The translations under genes were made by a program, and so were the position numbers. DNA of 64,000 nucleotides from Balanoglossus misakiensis. Its lineage: Eukaryota; Animalia; Hemichordata. This document shows, one piece after another, positions 1 to 13,776 of the stretch; position 1 is the first letter of the stretch; each line of letters opens with the position of its first letter. The stretch is taken from positions 5,041,672 through 5,105,671 of the forward strand of contig CM082592.2 of NCBI GenBank assembly GCA_040954595.2, given 5' to 3'. The notes beneath the pieces are model-generated. The model made no database searches. It worked only from the letters and a program-made list of their open reading frames with translations, and was not told the origin of the DNA.

Positions 1-3000
1 CGCTCTTTATTCGGATTGTAAAATCTCTCGTTTGTTTGAAAAAAAATATATATTCTATAACTACAGTGACTTTTAACCATTCGCTATGTATGTTGGATTG
101 CAAAATCGAATTTGTTGTGCAAATATATTTTCTAACTACACTGTATTTCTGGAATACCATGGAAAAATAGGGATTTCGTAGCGAAGAGAGTAGTCACCGC
201 AGACGAAGTCGGGGGATTTTCGCCTGGCCTTTAAAAATAAAGACAACGATGATAAAATGACGACACTACTAAACACATATTAAACAGATTATAAGCAGTC
301 CGAACAGAGCATTCCCCCTGAAAACTAGCATACTTTCACAGTCTTATAATTAAGAATAAGAATGCTCATATCTTCACGCATTTTAATCCACCCACCATGT
401 CTTCCAAAGTTGTTCAATCCTTCAATCAAACGGGGACTGTGTCATTGACAATGACTTGCTCTCTTGGCAAATGGCGAAGTGGGCGATTTTTTTTGCATAG
501 TTAAGAAATATTGCCAATTGTTATGTGACAGCTCCCGTTAATTAGAATTGTGCCCACGCTAGGTTGTCGAGAGTAAATCCTGAGGCTATCTCATGTCTGG
601 TAACCAAGGTAGCAGGCTATTCTTCGATATCAAATGACGTCAGACGCGCTCAGGCGGCAGTTACATTCGCATTCAAATTTCCAGATGACGGGCAACTTCA
701 GCAACGTGGTGCAGACAAAGACTGTGCAGACTAAACTCCATGAGGCTGATACGGCACCATGTCTGGCGGTTTTAAAGTAAAAACATACTCGGAAAAACTT
801 TTACTGGATGCCGAAATATTGCTTGCCCGTCACCTGGAAATGACAACGCCGTTGGTCACATGGCCAGATCACGTGATTGATAGTAAAGAATTGTCACAGA
901 GTACGCGGTAGCGAGTCACGTTCATTGCTGAAAAAAACACATGCGTGTATGGTAGCGAGTGTTTCTAAGTTGGGTGCAAACAATTTTAGTTGTGCTAAAT
1001 TGAGAAGCCCATTCATAGTAACACTGTCACTGACAGGTGGAAAGCATACTGCATGGCCTTCTCCTTTAGACGATGATGCAAAGTAGAATCCTTTTTAGGC
1101 TTTTAATAAAGGCAGATGGTTTAGCTTTGGCCGTCGTGTTGCATTTGACTCTACATAACTACACCCGCGAAAAATGTATGGGTCAGACAAATTCGAATAT
1201 CAAGTCCCAATTAAACAAGTAGACCTTCGTTGTGTTCTTTGCTTGGAGATTTTATTGTCCTTCGTTCTATTTTATCGAGTTATTTGTGTCCTTTGTCTTA
1301 TTTTGTCACCACTCGACAATTCCTGATATTTTTCATACTCTGACATGTGATATTTTTACACCCTGGCTACTTCTGAAGTTCGATGACCCCAGCCTGGCCG
1401 CTCCAGATTCATATTATTTTAAAAAAATGATTTCTTATGTAGCGTATTACATAAAATATCCCAATGCGAGTAAGTAACAATTCCAGATCCATACTCGGTT
1501 TTATTTTGATCACGTGATTTCAGGTGGCCATGATAACTTGCAGATTTGATTAGCAGTCACTGCATTTGCCTTGATATGTTAATGATTTATATGCATAAAA
1601 GAGGGAAATATAATTGGACCATTGAGGGTATATACTCGACAAAAATAAATGCGGGTCGGCAAAAACAGATCACATAACATAGATTGGTGTAATTTCATAT
1701 GATCACTATCCCAGATCTGACAGCACAACGACATTAAAGTTCGCCGGGAAAGTTAGTGGAAATCAAAATCCGGCGGGAAAACCTCCTTTGCTGTTGTTTC
1801 TGTATATGGCCTGTACTACTCCAAAATAACTGGAGCTTTCAAGTTGGTGACCGTAGTTTTGCAGGCCGGAAATGTATTCCTGCAGGGGAGAACAACAGAA
1901 CGATGATAATTTGGTGCTTATCGGAAGTATGTCCAAATGAAAAGCGACTCGTTGGATATAGGGATTTTAATCCAGTCCGTATGTGCACTGTTATTGTACT
2001 GTCACCAATTTTGACAGCCAATCGTGTGTGCGCCCTCATAAGGACATGGACACCGTTTCTTTTTTTACTGTTAACTACGCGAATCGTGCCCCAGGGCAGG
2101 CTCTGCGGTCGCTATAAATAATTACATTTCCGACACGCATTGTTGCATTTAATCGAACAGCACCTGCGAGCCCGTGGGGCCAATTGCGGTGCCTGTACTT
2201 TCAGGTCAATGGTTGGGGAGTCAACATTTCGCTTGGAGCGATTATCGAAAAACGCCAACAGAGCATCGATCGGAAGCGTATCACTTAAAAAGGCGGCGCA
2301 CAAATAATTTTGCTAATTATAAGATTTTCGATTCTCGATTATCGAGGCTTTATAGAAAATTGACAAACTGGTATAAAACACTACGCCGCGGGAAAATATG
2401 TTATACATATGTAATATCAAAGAATAACGTAGTTGAAGATTGCGACGCGTGATATATTATACTTACTTATAATAAGTTATTTCGGTCTTTTTACCGTTAC
2501 CCCCCCCCCCCCTCCCCCGAATAGCCAGAGAGTGAGCGAGTGAGAAGTGAGCGAGTGAGAAGTGAGTGAGCTAGCGAGCGAGTGCCAGGAAATGGAGAAA
2601 TTTGCATCGACAATGCTTTCATCGAAAAATCATGTTGACAAACGCTCACAAATAGCTAATTTAGGAATGAGCAGATCGTCTTTCGCGAAATAGCGCAAGC
2701 GCGTTCGCAATACGCCGCATTATTTAGTCTCACACAATATGTGTCCTATAGATGAGACCGTGATGTTTGTTCTCCTGGTGGGGGTATTTTTTTTTTAAAA
2801 CTATGGTTTAACATCACGTGACCGGTACTTCTGCGGGGCATCATTGTGTTTGTTTTATCGCATGATGGCATCCACCTGCGCAGACGCCATATAGTTTTGT
2901 ACTACGCAATCCCCTGAAAATAAATGAACTTTTTCCGAGACGATCCGCTCCGCAATTGGTTCACCAGGAGTGACAGTTACGTGTGGCGCCCTTGTCAACC

Positions 3001-3524
3001 GATCAAATCATTCCTTTAATAATAAACGAGAAATGAATTAATGCATTATATACTGAAATTAGGTTAATTAGCTTGCGACTTTTAAAGTTCAAATCTTATG
3101 CTTGCACTTTCCTTTTTTTAATACATGTAATCCCGCCTGCTTGTTACATTAGTCATTGAAATTAACTTTTTCGTGTATATTTGTCTCGTCACAAAACACT
3201 GCATGAGGCTTACTGAATTCTATTCGCGAGAGGGACGTCAGAACCACGTGACTCGTTCACTGTTTACAAATGTCCTAGAGGCGATGTCGCTTTTATAGTG
3301 CGCTCGTAAAATATGCATTGACATCAAATATTAACTAATACAATTAGCCCTGTACTTTGTGGTCAGGTCGTACCGAAACATTTTATCGTGAAATAATGAC
3401 ACGCTAAAAACTTTTACTTCCGGAGATATTTTAATGCCAAATTCAGAAGCTATACTTTCATCAAACATCAGTACATGTATTGTATTTACGCATTTTGCCA
3501 ATTTTATCCATGTCATTATTGTAT

Positions 3525-3636
<112 letters not shown>

Positions 3637-6245
3637 ACGAGATCGAAACTTTGCTAGATTACTAGAAAAATTGGCGTGACTGGGTTTGTTGATATTGTTA
3701 ATATGCTTTAAAAGCGTTTTTTGAACACAGGAAGCCGTTGGAATATGCCATCGTGCATAAATGAATTTTATCAACGGTATTGTTTATTACTGAAGTGAAA
3801 CTCAATCGCAGTGATATCGATGACAACACAGCGACACGTTCCGCCAAGTTGCGTGCAAGGACGCCCCATAAATTGACACATCAACACGTCTCACTTGAAA
3901 GTACAATGACACAATGATAACCAACAGCAGGCAGACACAGCACAGATCATATTTGCGATGAGAACAGAGCAACCGTGACATGTCAGCGAGCTGGTTGATC
4001 GAGTGCTAGGATTTGGTCCGAGTAGGAAACGCGGGGGTCTGACAAATGCGACGCGTGGAGACGTACCGAACGACTCCGGTGTGGTAGAAACATCACACTA
4101 CTTGCCGAATTAGATAGCAGCCCGTCCCGTCCCGGTTTACCTTTTTATTAAGGGAGTTTTCAGCTATTATGAGAAGGTGGGCCGGGGGGAAATGGTGAAG
4201 GGTCGTATTTTACATGATTCACCGTCCCCGGCCCACCCCCTCATAATAACTGAAAGCTCCCTCAGCTATTCGTGGCAGGGAGGTAGTAATCGAGTACCAG
4301 GGTTCGTTTTTCATTCGAGGTTGGTTGCAAATTGGTTTATAATGGGAAAGGGCCAGCAAACACGAGAAACGTCTACACACACCAAAGATATGACCCAATC
4401 GATATATCGGAGGAACTGGTGAGAACGGTAACACTCACGTGTGTTTATCAGCGGCCGGCAAGTTGACCACAGCACGTGACGCAGTTCCCACAATTAAGTA
4501 CTCAATGTATTCAAATAACCAGTACAGCAGTATTGTACTATTTTATTCCAGGAAATTGACATTTTTACACAACTTTGAGTCTATGTCGTGGCTATGACTG
4601 CAAGGTTGGACAATCGCTAATCAGAGATACCTTTACATCTGTGTATTTAAGTTTTATTGTTAATTGTAATATGTTCGTCCAATTCTCAGCTAACCACGTC
4701 ATCCTACATGATTTTAAGTTAATCAATACGTCAAATGTACTCTGCAATAGTATATATAGGTGTTGGAAAACATTTCCTATCATGAAGCCATCTGCTGAGC
4801 TCATCATAGGTTTTTTTTCACTGTATCTGCTACCTGTTTCGGTGAGTATTTCAGTCAGCGAGAATGATTGGGAGATGGGTATTGCAATGACAATGGTTTA
4901 TTTTACAGCGCTCGTACGTACATCCTGAATGACTAGACTGTCGTCTTTGTTTGAATTTTGCATTTTTCTAAAGTCAACAATAACTGTAGATATGTTTTCG
5001 CAATTTAATTCAAACGCAGTCAGGACCGTTATCGATTGAAATAATGGCGGCCTGTTCAAATTGACCTTTCGCCCACACTGCTGCGTGTACGTAGCCACTC
5101 GTTGCATCACGCTGTGTACACACTAAACACGGTCAGAAATCATTTGGGATAATTGGATTCGTGAAAGGTTGGCTATGTATACATGGCATGACAACAATAG
5201 AGGCTGGACGAATATTTTTAGCAATGAATGTTTTTCCCCTCATGTAGTATCATTATATTAATTAATGCCAAATTAGTTTGCTACTGACTTTATCGGATCG
5301 CTCTTCCAAGATCAAATGACCACGGCAATTACAGTTAAATTAGTGGTTGATAGAATGTTGAAGAACGCAATTTCTTGTCATTGGCATTGGGTGTGAGGGT
5401 GTGTATCGGATGCACGCACGTCCATTATCGTGATAACAGGCGTTTCGAATTTACAGAGATGCTGACGCAAAGAGGCAGATTCAACCGACCTGGTCGATTA
5501 GAATTAATCAGTACCAGCTGAAATAACCCAACATTAAGACTTTACTACGATTCTTTATATACCACATTTATTCGGTCATTCGTGTGGTATTATACTGTAC
5601 CACAAATACACTCCCTTGCCTTGCTGTTTTTGTAAGTTCCTATAACTTATTTGTCAACTCCTCCAACTTGACTTTTATTTGGAGCATCGGTTGGAAAAGG
5701 GCAAAAGACATCGGTTTATGGATGATCTATGCACCCGTTGCTGTGGTAATTGACCAAGTCTCGCGAGATCTGGCAATGACCGGAAAATCAACTTTTTTCA
5801 TGAAATGTTAGTTGCCAGACTGGGAGACCTACCAATGCTGAGTGTACAGTGACATAGTTTACCGGACATTACACGTACGCCATTCGATGTAATTATAGAT
5901 CTCCAAGCGTTGCTAGAATAAAACTGTAACGACCGGTCGTCAAGAATGTAAACTGCCAAACATAGAACAAACGTGACTGGAAACGTCAGGAGGTGGTGAC
6001 TTTGTCAGACACCAAAGCCGTTATCTGTTGACATGACAGGCTGGCTTAAATAACTGTTTTGTTGTCTTCCCATAGAAAGACCGTAATCGTCGGTTCTAGA
6101 TTTTCGATATTCTTCATCTCGCCCTACTTCTATTTCTGTTGTCTTTGACGAACTTGGCGTATTCATTTCCATATCCACTTCATGTACAGACACCTAAATT
6201 GTTCCGCAGAAATCTTTGAGTACATATTATACATGTAACTGTATT

Positions 6246-6304
6246 ACCACCACCACCAACATCATTATCAACAACATAAACAACACAATGTCACCATCAC
6301 CATC

Positions 6305-6381
<77 letters not shown>

Positions 6382-6484
6382 TACCACCACCACCACCACC
6401 ATCATCATCAGCAACAACAACACCAACACAATATCATCATCGTCATCACCATCACCACCACCACCACCATCTAATCATCACCAT
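6246..6484. repeat. Compound (CAT/CAC/CAA)n microsatellite
   Basis: Imperfect trinucleotide runs. Confidence 0.92.
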
Positions 6485-7392
6485 AAACATCGTGCAGATC
6501 AAGACGAAGGGCAGGGTTGCCGTTAATTAGATGCCGAGACGGGTGAACTCAAGAGATAAAGGGGAACAAAGCCGATAGAGGTTGCAGGTGTTTACTGCTT
6601 TTTGTGCGCTAAGGCGTTAACACAACAACTGCATGCTTGTGAAGCAATTCTCCCGTGTTTATTCGTGCTGTTGATTCGCTCCCTCTCCTCCGACGGAATG
6701 TTGTAACCCGCCCTTAATCCGTTGTCCGCTCGGTCCATCGGGGGTATTGTCCGCGCTGACAGACACACGTTTGAGAAACACGGTGACATCTCAGTGTGGG
6801 GCTTTGTAAATAGGCAGGGAAAAATTGAACTCAAGCCCCGTATTGATGGAGGGTGGGTTAGTTAAACAATGAAATCTGTGCTTGCATACGCAGAAAAAAA
6901 ACACCAGTCCAAACGGATGATAATTATGAGGCGAGATAACACTATCTTCACTTTATTTTTCGATACATATCAGAACAATGTAAAAAGACTGCAATATCTT
7001 TGTCACATTCACACAATGACAAGTGTTTATTTTGTCCTGTTTGACATAACAAAGAGCATTGTTCAATACTGACAATGGTCCAGTATTGAGTAAACCAACA
7101 TTTACCTCCCATTGTGTCAATGAAACTATTTTACCACTTACTCTATATTCGTTTTTTTTTACACAGAGGTCTGGGCCGAGACATTGTTTGGTGCAAAAGT
7201 GAATCAATGAAATGGACAGCTTTCTCTCTCAGTGTTATGTGAAGCCTCTTAATTTAAATTTACACATGCTGTCACTTGAGCCTTAATTGGCATTACTGAA
7301 ATAACCCTCTCACACTGGTGATTATTTTTACTCGGCAAGATTTGCGTGTTATTTTCTCAGAGAAAGATCTTCCTAATTAGACATTCTTGCCA

Positions 7393-7435
<43 letters not shown>
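7393..7435. repeat. (TCTG)n microsatellite
   Basis: About 10 perfect units. Confidence 0.95.
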
Positions 7436-10189
7436 AGTATATTCCAAAAGATGGAATTTCTATCAATGATCTAGCAAACCATTTTCTCGAAAGTTAAGAA
7501 CAGCTGTTACACATACTAATTTTCGAACAGACCAGAGCTAACTGCTCATTGGATTATCTGCCTTTGCCGTTGGAGTGACATTGTCGTTTTGGAAACACGT
7601 CACTGGCGGTGTTCAAAGACGTGTGTAGCCCCCCCCCCCCACTGCGTTTATTAGGCAATCGTTTATAATTGGGACACAGTGCAACCACCTTTTACATCCC
7701 ATAGGTAGGCAAAACCGTCAGTACTTGCGACCTCTTTGTTGGCCGCCGTCCAATCGACCACCGCAACGAATACCACACGTTTCCCCCCTTTCAACCGCCC
7801 TGTCTTCGCTCCACTAACTTCTTTATTTCGGTATTTTAGCCTAAATTTACACTGCATTACCTGAACGAGTACACCAATTTGATGTTATCATCTTCATAGT
7901 GGGAAGACGCGACTGGCGTTTCCTTGGTTACGTTTGTAAACTTTAACACGCAGATGTGAGCGCAAGCCTTGGCGGTCTGACGCCCCCCGACGGAGCGAAT
8001 GGTTTGGTCCACTTTCTACTCTATTATACGTTGGTGCATTCCGAGTTTTCTGTGTGTACACATGCACTTGTCGGGCGGTTGAATGTTCACGGGGTACCGT
8101 GGTGTGTGTCGAATGACATTTCGTTGTGCTGGCTCGACAAAAACGGAACTTAACGGAGAGGGTGATATCGGACGCACTGGTCTTCACCGGTTACTTCAAG
8201 CGAGGTGCACCGGACACTGTATCGCTAGTGACAGAATCTCGGAAATGTGCGTTCCTCGGTCGCCAACAGCTGTTGCGGACGACAATTTCAAACGGCGAGC
8301 GTAACCGTGTTCGATCAGTCGAGACAAATCCGTTCAGTGCCAAGCGTGAACGCCGGACAACTGGGCGCTGAATGCACTTGTTTAAGTGAAAGTACTGTGT
8401 GTGTGTGTGTTCTTCAGGCGGCCGGGGAGTTGAAGCAGTTACACGATGCACCGAGCACCGCGAACGACGATTTCGAAATCGTCAACGACGATTCTGTTTG
8501 TTGCCCTGCTGCTGTTACAACACAAGAGTTTACAAGGTAATCAATACATAGCTTTATTCCGCTTTTCCGTTTTATTTAAAACCCATTCTTCGATTTTCTG
8601 TGTTTTGTAATGTCGCGCTCGCTGCCAGAATGCGCTAATTCGATTCGGGGAGTGCCTGCCACCTATTTAAACCAAGCCACTTGACTTTACGGCAGATGGT
8701 GTCTGCGATCTCTGCGAATTAACATGTTAACTGCCAGACAGATTTCTAATTGTTTATCATGTTCGAGAAAAATGGCTGATCCACGAGTCTGTCACCTGAT
8801 ATCCCGATGACCGTCCATCCCCGCTTTTATTCCCGACTCCCGTGCCCTTCGGGTCGGCACAATACCGTAATCCGCTTACACTGACGTCACACGTCACGAT
8901 GTGTTTATTCTCCCCCGTCTTGGTGTTTTGTCCTCCGCGGACAGTGATGAACTTCATTCCCAGCGACGCTGTACTTTTTTTTCAATTAACTAACCCAGTC
9001 ACCTAAAAACTAGACAGCACAGTGTCTGGTCGTATCGGCGTTCAGCTCTATCCAAAACTGACAGTGGGGTCCATGGGCTATACACGTTAAACAACTCTGA
9101 CTTCAGCTTGCTAAATCCCGTCATTTAATTCGCCTTAGCTTACAACCACAACCACTTTAATGCGATTATACACTGATGAATTTATCCCCTTTTGTTGAAA
9201 AAAAATCCAGTGTTTTATTCGCCCTGAAACGTTCACTGCTTGACGTCGTCGAGCACTAGAAGAACGGCCATTAATCACCGTGAATTATTATTCACTCAGT
9301 TAATATTAAACACTGCAAAGTTTACTGAGACCGTCGTACATTTTAGAAGCAAAGCAAACACTCTCCAGACTAATGTATATTCCACTAAATTCCCCAGTCG
9401 AAATGTACATTGGTAATTTGCATAGACGTGAATTAATCAGTAAACATGCTCTGCGCCATTGCATTGGTAGGCTTGCTCTCAGACAGATCCTTCAGCGGAT
9501 CTCTGTGACTGAAATTGAATTCAATTAGACATATAACTCGGAGCGTTCATCCGAATCCCACGTTCCTTGTTTAAAATAAACAGTTCGAAGAGATTTCATT
9601 ATTAACGGGACGCTCCACTCGTGTGCGGTGGAAAACACGGAGCACATAGGCATCGCAAGCATCCCAAACACGCATCTGGGTCCATATCGCGTCTTATAAA
9701 AAAACAGGCAAATACAGCATACATTGTGAGGCCGTATCTGACGGCTGTTATGACCTCCATTTTTGTTCTGAACAGATTTGAACGGACGGTGTGCCGTCCC
9801 CCCCCTCACGTAGTTAATAAAATTGTAGCCGTGCTGCGGTGATGGATTATTTGTAGAATAACGGCTGACAAGTGTGGACAGGTGCGGAAATTGAAGCGAT
9901 TTCTAGTGCGCCTGTCCCCCGTCACAGCGGATCGGCTCTCCTCCCTGCATACCAATTAACGCCGGGATCCTCAGTCGCAAGAAGGTCACGTCCTATTTTC
10001 CAAATAAACTTTTTATCGCCCGGCAGTTAGTGTTTCTTGTCATAATTGGGAAGACAAATAAGTCGGGATGTTATCGCCGCGCTGGATCATCGACAGAATC
10101 GCGGAGGAGACAGTGGAAGGATATCCGAGACCTGGGTGGGAGGGAGCGGAGGGAGGGTGGGTAGTGTGCGCTGGTGAGGGGGGCGGGGC

Positions 10190-10470
10190 CGGGTAGGCGT
10201 CCCTTAGAAAGATGCATGTACGGGTATGTGCCAAACAAAAAATCCCAAAATATCAGTCGACTTTTTATCGAAGAAAACAACCTAAATATGGGTCGATAAC
10301 ATATGCTGGAAATGCATTTTGAAAACCTTCGCATGCAGTTTACGATAAATGACTCTCAGATATCCCAAATTTTGACTAAAAATGCTTCAATTTTTGTAGT
10401 ATACATGGGTTGATGTTTTGAACTTCGGCCGCGCACCCCCGTGTAAAAATAGCAGGAGTACCCCCCGGGG
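10190..10470. mobile_element. Possible decayed MITE of the CCCGGGGGGTACTC-ended type
   Basis: The right end GGAGTACCCCCCGGGG is intact. The left end is degenerate (ccgggtaggcgtccc...gtacgggtatgtgcc). The family is recognised from memory of marine-invertebrate repeats and not verified. Confidence 0.35.
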
Positions 10471-11288
10471 ACGTCGACGAACCATCTAACGGTCGCCGTG
10501 AGAGCTCCTTTGCAAGACATAATATGCATAATAAACGCTCATTAACAAGGTATTGCTAAATTGTCCGTTTGAACACAACCATTTCAAGACAAAACGATTG
10601 ACACGTCTACATTAGCTTGCATGTTTATTCTAGCTTGCAACGCTGGAGACGGACTCCCTCGCATCGTACGAGGACTTTGACATCCAACAGCTAGGCAAAA
10701 CAATCAACACAAGATGGTGTAATTTCCAAATCGTATATCGTTAATCGGTGACACCGTGTCGGGAGCATGTCGAGTGTCGCAACGGAAGACTGCCGGAGGG
10801 TATAGGCAATATCGATCGCATCGTTTAAACGATACCCATGATGCACTGTGATGCTCAGCCATGAGCGGTTTTCTTCGGTGATACTAGTATATCCGTTACA
10901 ATACAGTTCATCCACCGTACACTGACCGTTCATAATTTTCTAAGGACGACCGTAAATGATTTTCCCTCTATAGTGTAAATATGACAGCATTAAAGACGGG
11001 AAACGACCCGGGAATAGAGGGTCAATTAATCGGGAAGAATTTCACGGTCAGGATATCGAATTCCCAAATAACAATTCTTCTAAATTTCTCCGCCCGCAAC
11101 TGTTTTTGCCCGTTAGTCGATTCGGCACGGTTTACGCAGGTTAAATTTTTATATGAAGACGAAATCCCAGATGACACATTGGGTGTGTGTATTTTTGCTT
11201 AACTCTGATGATGTCATTGGGAAATTAATCACAACATAAATACTCGTCGTAAAAGTAAACTCGAAACCGAAGGCTTAGTATTTTCTCT

Positions 11289-11377
11289 AACCTTTTCACC
11301 ACTATGGTTTCGTCCAAATCCATTGTTTTCTATGATAAATCTGGACGTCTACAGAGGCAAATGGGGGTGTAAGGGTT
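11289..11377. mobile_element. Possible tiny decayed MITE (piggyBac-like ends)
   Basis: Left AACCTTTTCACC versus right reverse complement AACCCTTACACC (10/12), with degenerate TTAA-like flanks. Confidence 0.4.
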
Positions 11378-13732
11378 CAAATCATGCAATTCTTGATTCA
11401 TTTCTAATCTTCCAATCCTCTCAAGCGAGCGAATATCAGCGATTTGTGACCAGTAGAAATGATTTGATGGAACTTGCGTGTTCAAAAGCGCCACAGCCCA
11501 AATAAATGAAATTAATATTTATCCGATCCGTGTGGTGGGAGTCTGGCTGCCAGACGCGTTACTTCAGCAGATGTGGGTTGAATTTATCCGGGTACTCCCG
11601 CGCAAGACTCGGCGTCAAAGCTGTTTAATCGCACTTTAATCGCCGAGCCCTATTAGTACATCGTGTATTAACGAGACATCCCGCTGAGCGGAGTCTATAC
11701 GAACACGTGCGTCTGGGCAACCGCAGACAGCCGAGGCCGGGCGATGTCTGTGAACTAACTGCAAAATGACTAAACCTATCATTGTCCCAATTAGGTGACG
11801 TTTCAGCAGCAGTACATGCGATACAATGGGAAAAGCCTGATCGCTTCTTTGATCACCGCTACGGCGAATCGTTCCGTGTAACGCGCGTGTTGAATGCTTA
11901 TCAGAATCGTAGTACAGTCGTGCTTTGTATAATAGACTGCCAGTGACCAAAATGTGGACACTCGCTCTCATGCCCGATATTAGTATTATCGACTGAGACT
12001 GGGTCACTTTTCATACTTTCACACATGGAGCTATACCACAGATGTTTTACACAACTGTTACGTCATTGGCTATGGCAGAATTGCCCAGCACTAATAGCTG
12101 TGTGTCTCACCAGCTTTTAATACGGCATGTATATACCAGATGTACGACATGTGTACAGAACCTTTGCGCACTTGGGTGCATGAGTTACCACTTGCAGTTG
12201 CTCAACGCCGTATATTTGTCTGTCATACGGGTGTTTGCACCATGGACGTACCACAGCCGCATGTACCGCGTGAAGCCATAGACGTACAATGCATGCATAG
12301 CTTCACGCAGTACAGGGCCTGCATGCAAACGTCACTTGCAGATGTAGAGCGGCAAATAACCGCGAAGGGGGTCGAACAAATTGCCGGTTCAAAGAATACA
12401 ATGGGTGGGTGCTCTCACCGACACTTTTCGACAATCGAACCGTAGAGCACCATACTATCTGCTGTCACCGTCACACCGCTTCCCACCGTGTGTTTAGTAA
12501 CAACGCCACAACACAGAACAGAAACCTCCCCTTTTTGTGCGGTATTTTGTTTTCTTTTGTCCATCCCCGCTATTCTGGTCCGCCTGTTCAGGGGGTAGTA
12601 CAAACAGTGACCCGATAAAAGGGCGACATTGTCCACGGCAGGGGACAGTTGGTACTTCAATCCAGTTTTCGTCGACGCCTGAAAAGCAAAAAGCGTGTAC
12701 GAAGTCCGGTGACACGTCGATACAATTGCTCCGCAGTCATCAATTGTCTGAGGCCCGGAGCTTTGTTCAAATATTGAGGGCCCTTCGGAGATATGTGGTT
12801 TCGTTCCAGTGCTCTGAAGTGGTCGTGTCTCAGTGCAGTCTTCTTATACGACGAGGCCTGCAAAGTGAATGTAAACAGTTGTATTAAACCCTACTCTATA
12901 TTATGTTGACGAACTCAGGCTGGGCTGACTTGCCTGGTTGTCAGGCATGTACAGTGAAAAAAATACTGTAATATAGCCATGGTTTTATGTAAGACATTTT
13001 AAATAGGAAAAACTCAACATTGGAGAGAATTCGACTCTCATATTGTCGCCGACAGTCGACTGGTTTACGCCTCAGGAACGATATGTTTTCGCGCAAAAAT
13101 AGCGCAGAAAGATGCAGTTAATTCTTTAGTTTGAATGAAGCCGTGCTGACCCTATTGCAATTTATAATGGAGTTGGAAGAGACATCTCGCTTGATACACG
13201 ATTTCTGGGTCCCGAGATCTTGTGCGATTTACAACTTATTCGTCATTCTCGTGTCGAGTCGGTGATATTTTAACGCTGTAAATTATGGAGTGGCGAGCCG
13301 TGTGCGTTGTTACAGCAATACTTCACTATCGGAAATGACGGTTCTGTTATGCAGGGGAGATATAGTAGAGAAACGTGCACATTCCGATCACATTTGTCGC
13401 TGCTGCATACCCATCCACCTTCCTAACCATGCAGTGGCCAATAACAACTGCAAGTTCGAACGATGGGTTCGACGTGAAATGTGTGTCTCTCTATTCGTGA
13501 TGATTGTGTCAATACACTGATGACGTCACAACGACATTGAAACGGAAGCAACGGAGTTATCTTTCGCTGTTCACCGTTTGTGTCTATTAAGGGTGACCAT
13601 TCGCTCGTTATCAATACAAAAAACAGCTTTCAAAAGACAGTCAACACAAATTTCATCTCCATCAAATTGGACTATTTTACTCTGTCACAAGTAAATATCA
13701 TGAATCAATAATGTTTGAAAAAATGTCCGGTA

Positions 13733-13776
13733 TAGGTAGGTAGGTAGGTAGGTAGGTAGGTAGGTAGGTAGGTAGG
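13733..13776. repeat. (TAGG)11 microsatellite
   Basis: Perfect tetranucleotide run. Confidence 0.95.

Noticed and set aside
13733-13776. Telomere-like repeat
   Set aside because: The unit is TAGG, not TTAGGG or TTAGG, so it is an ordinary microsatellite.
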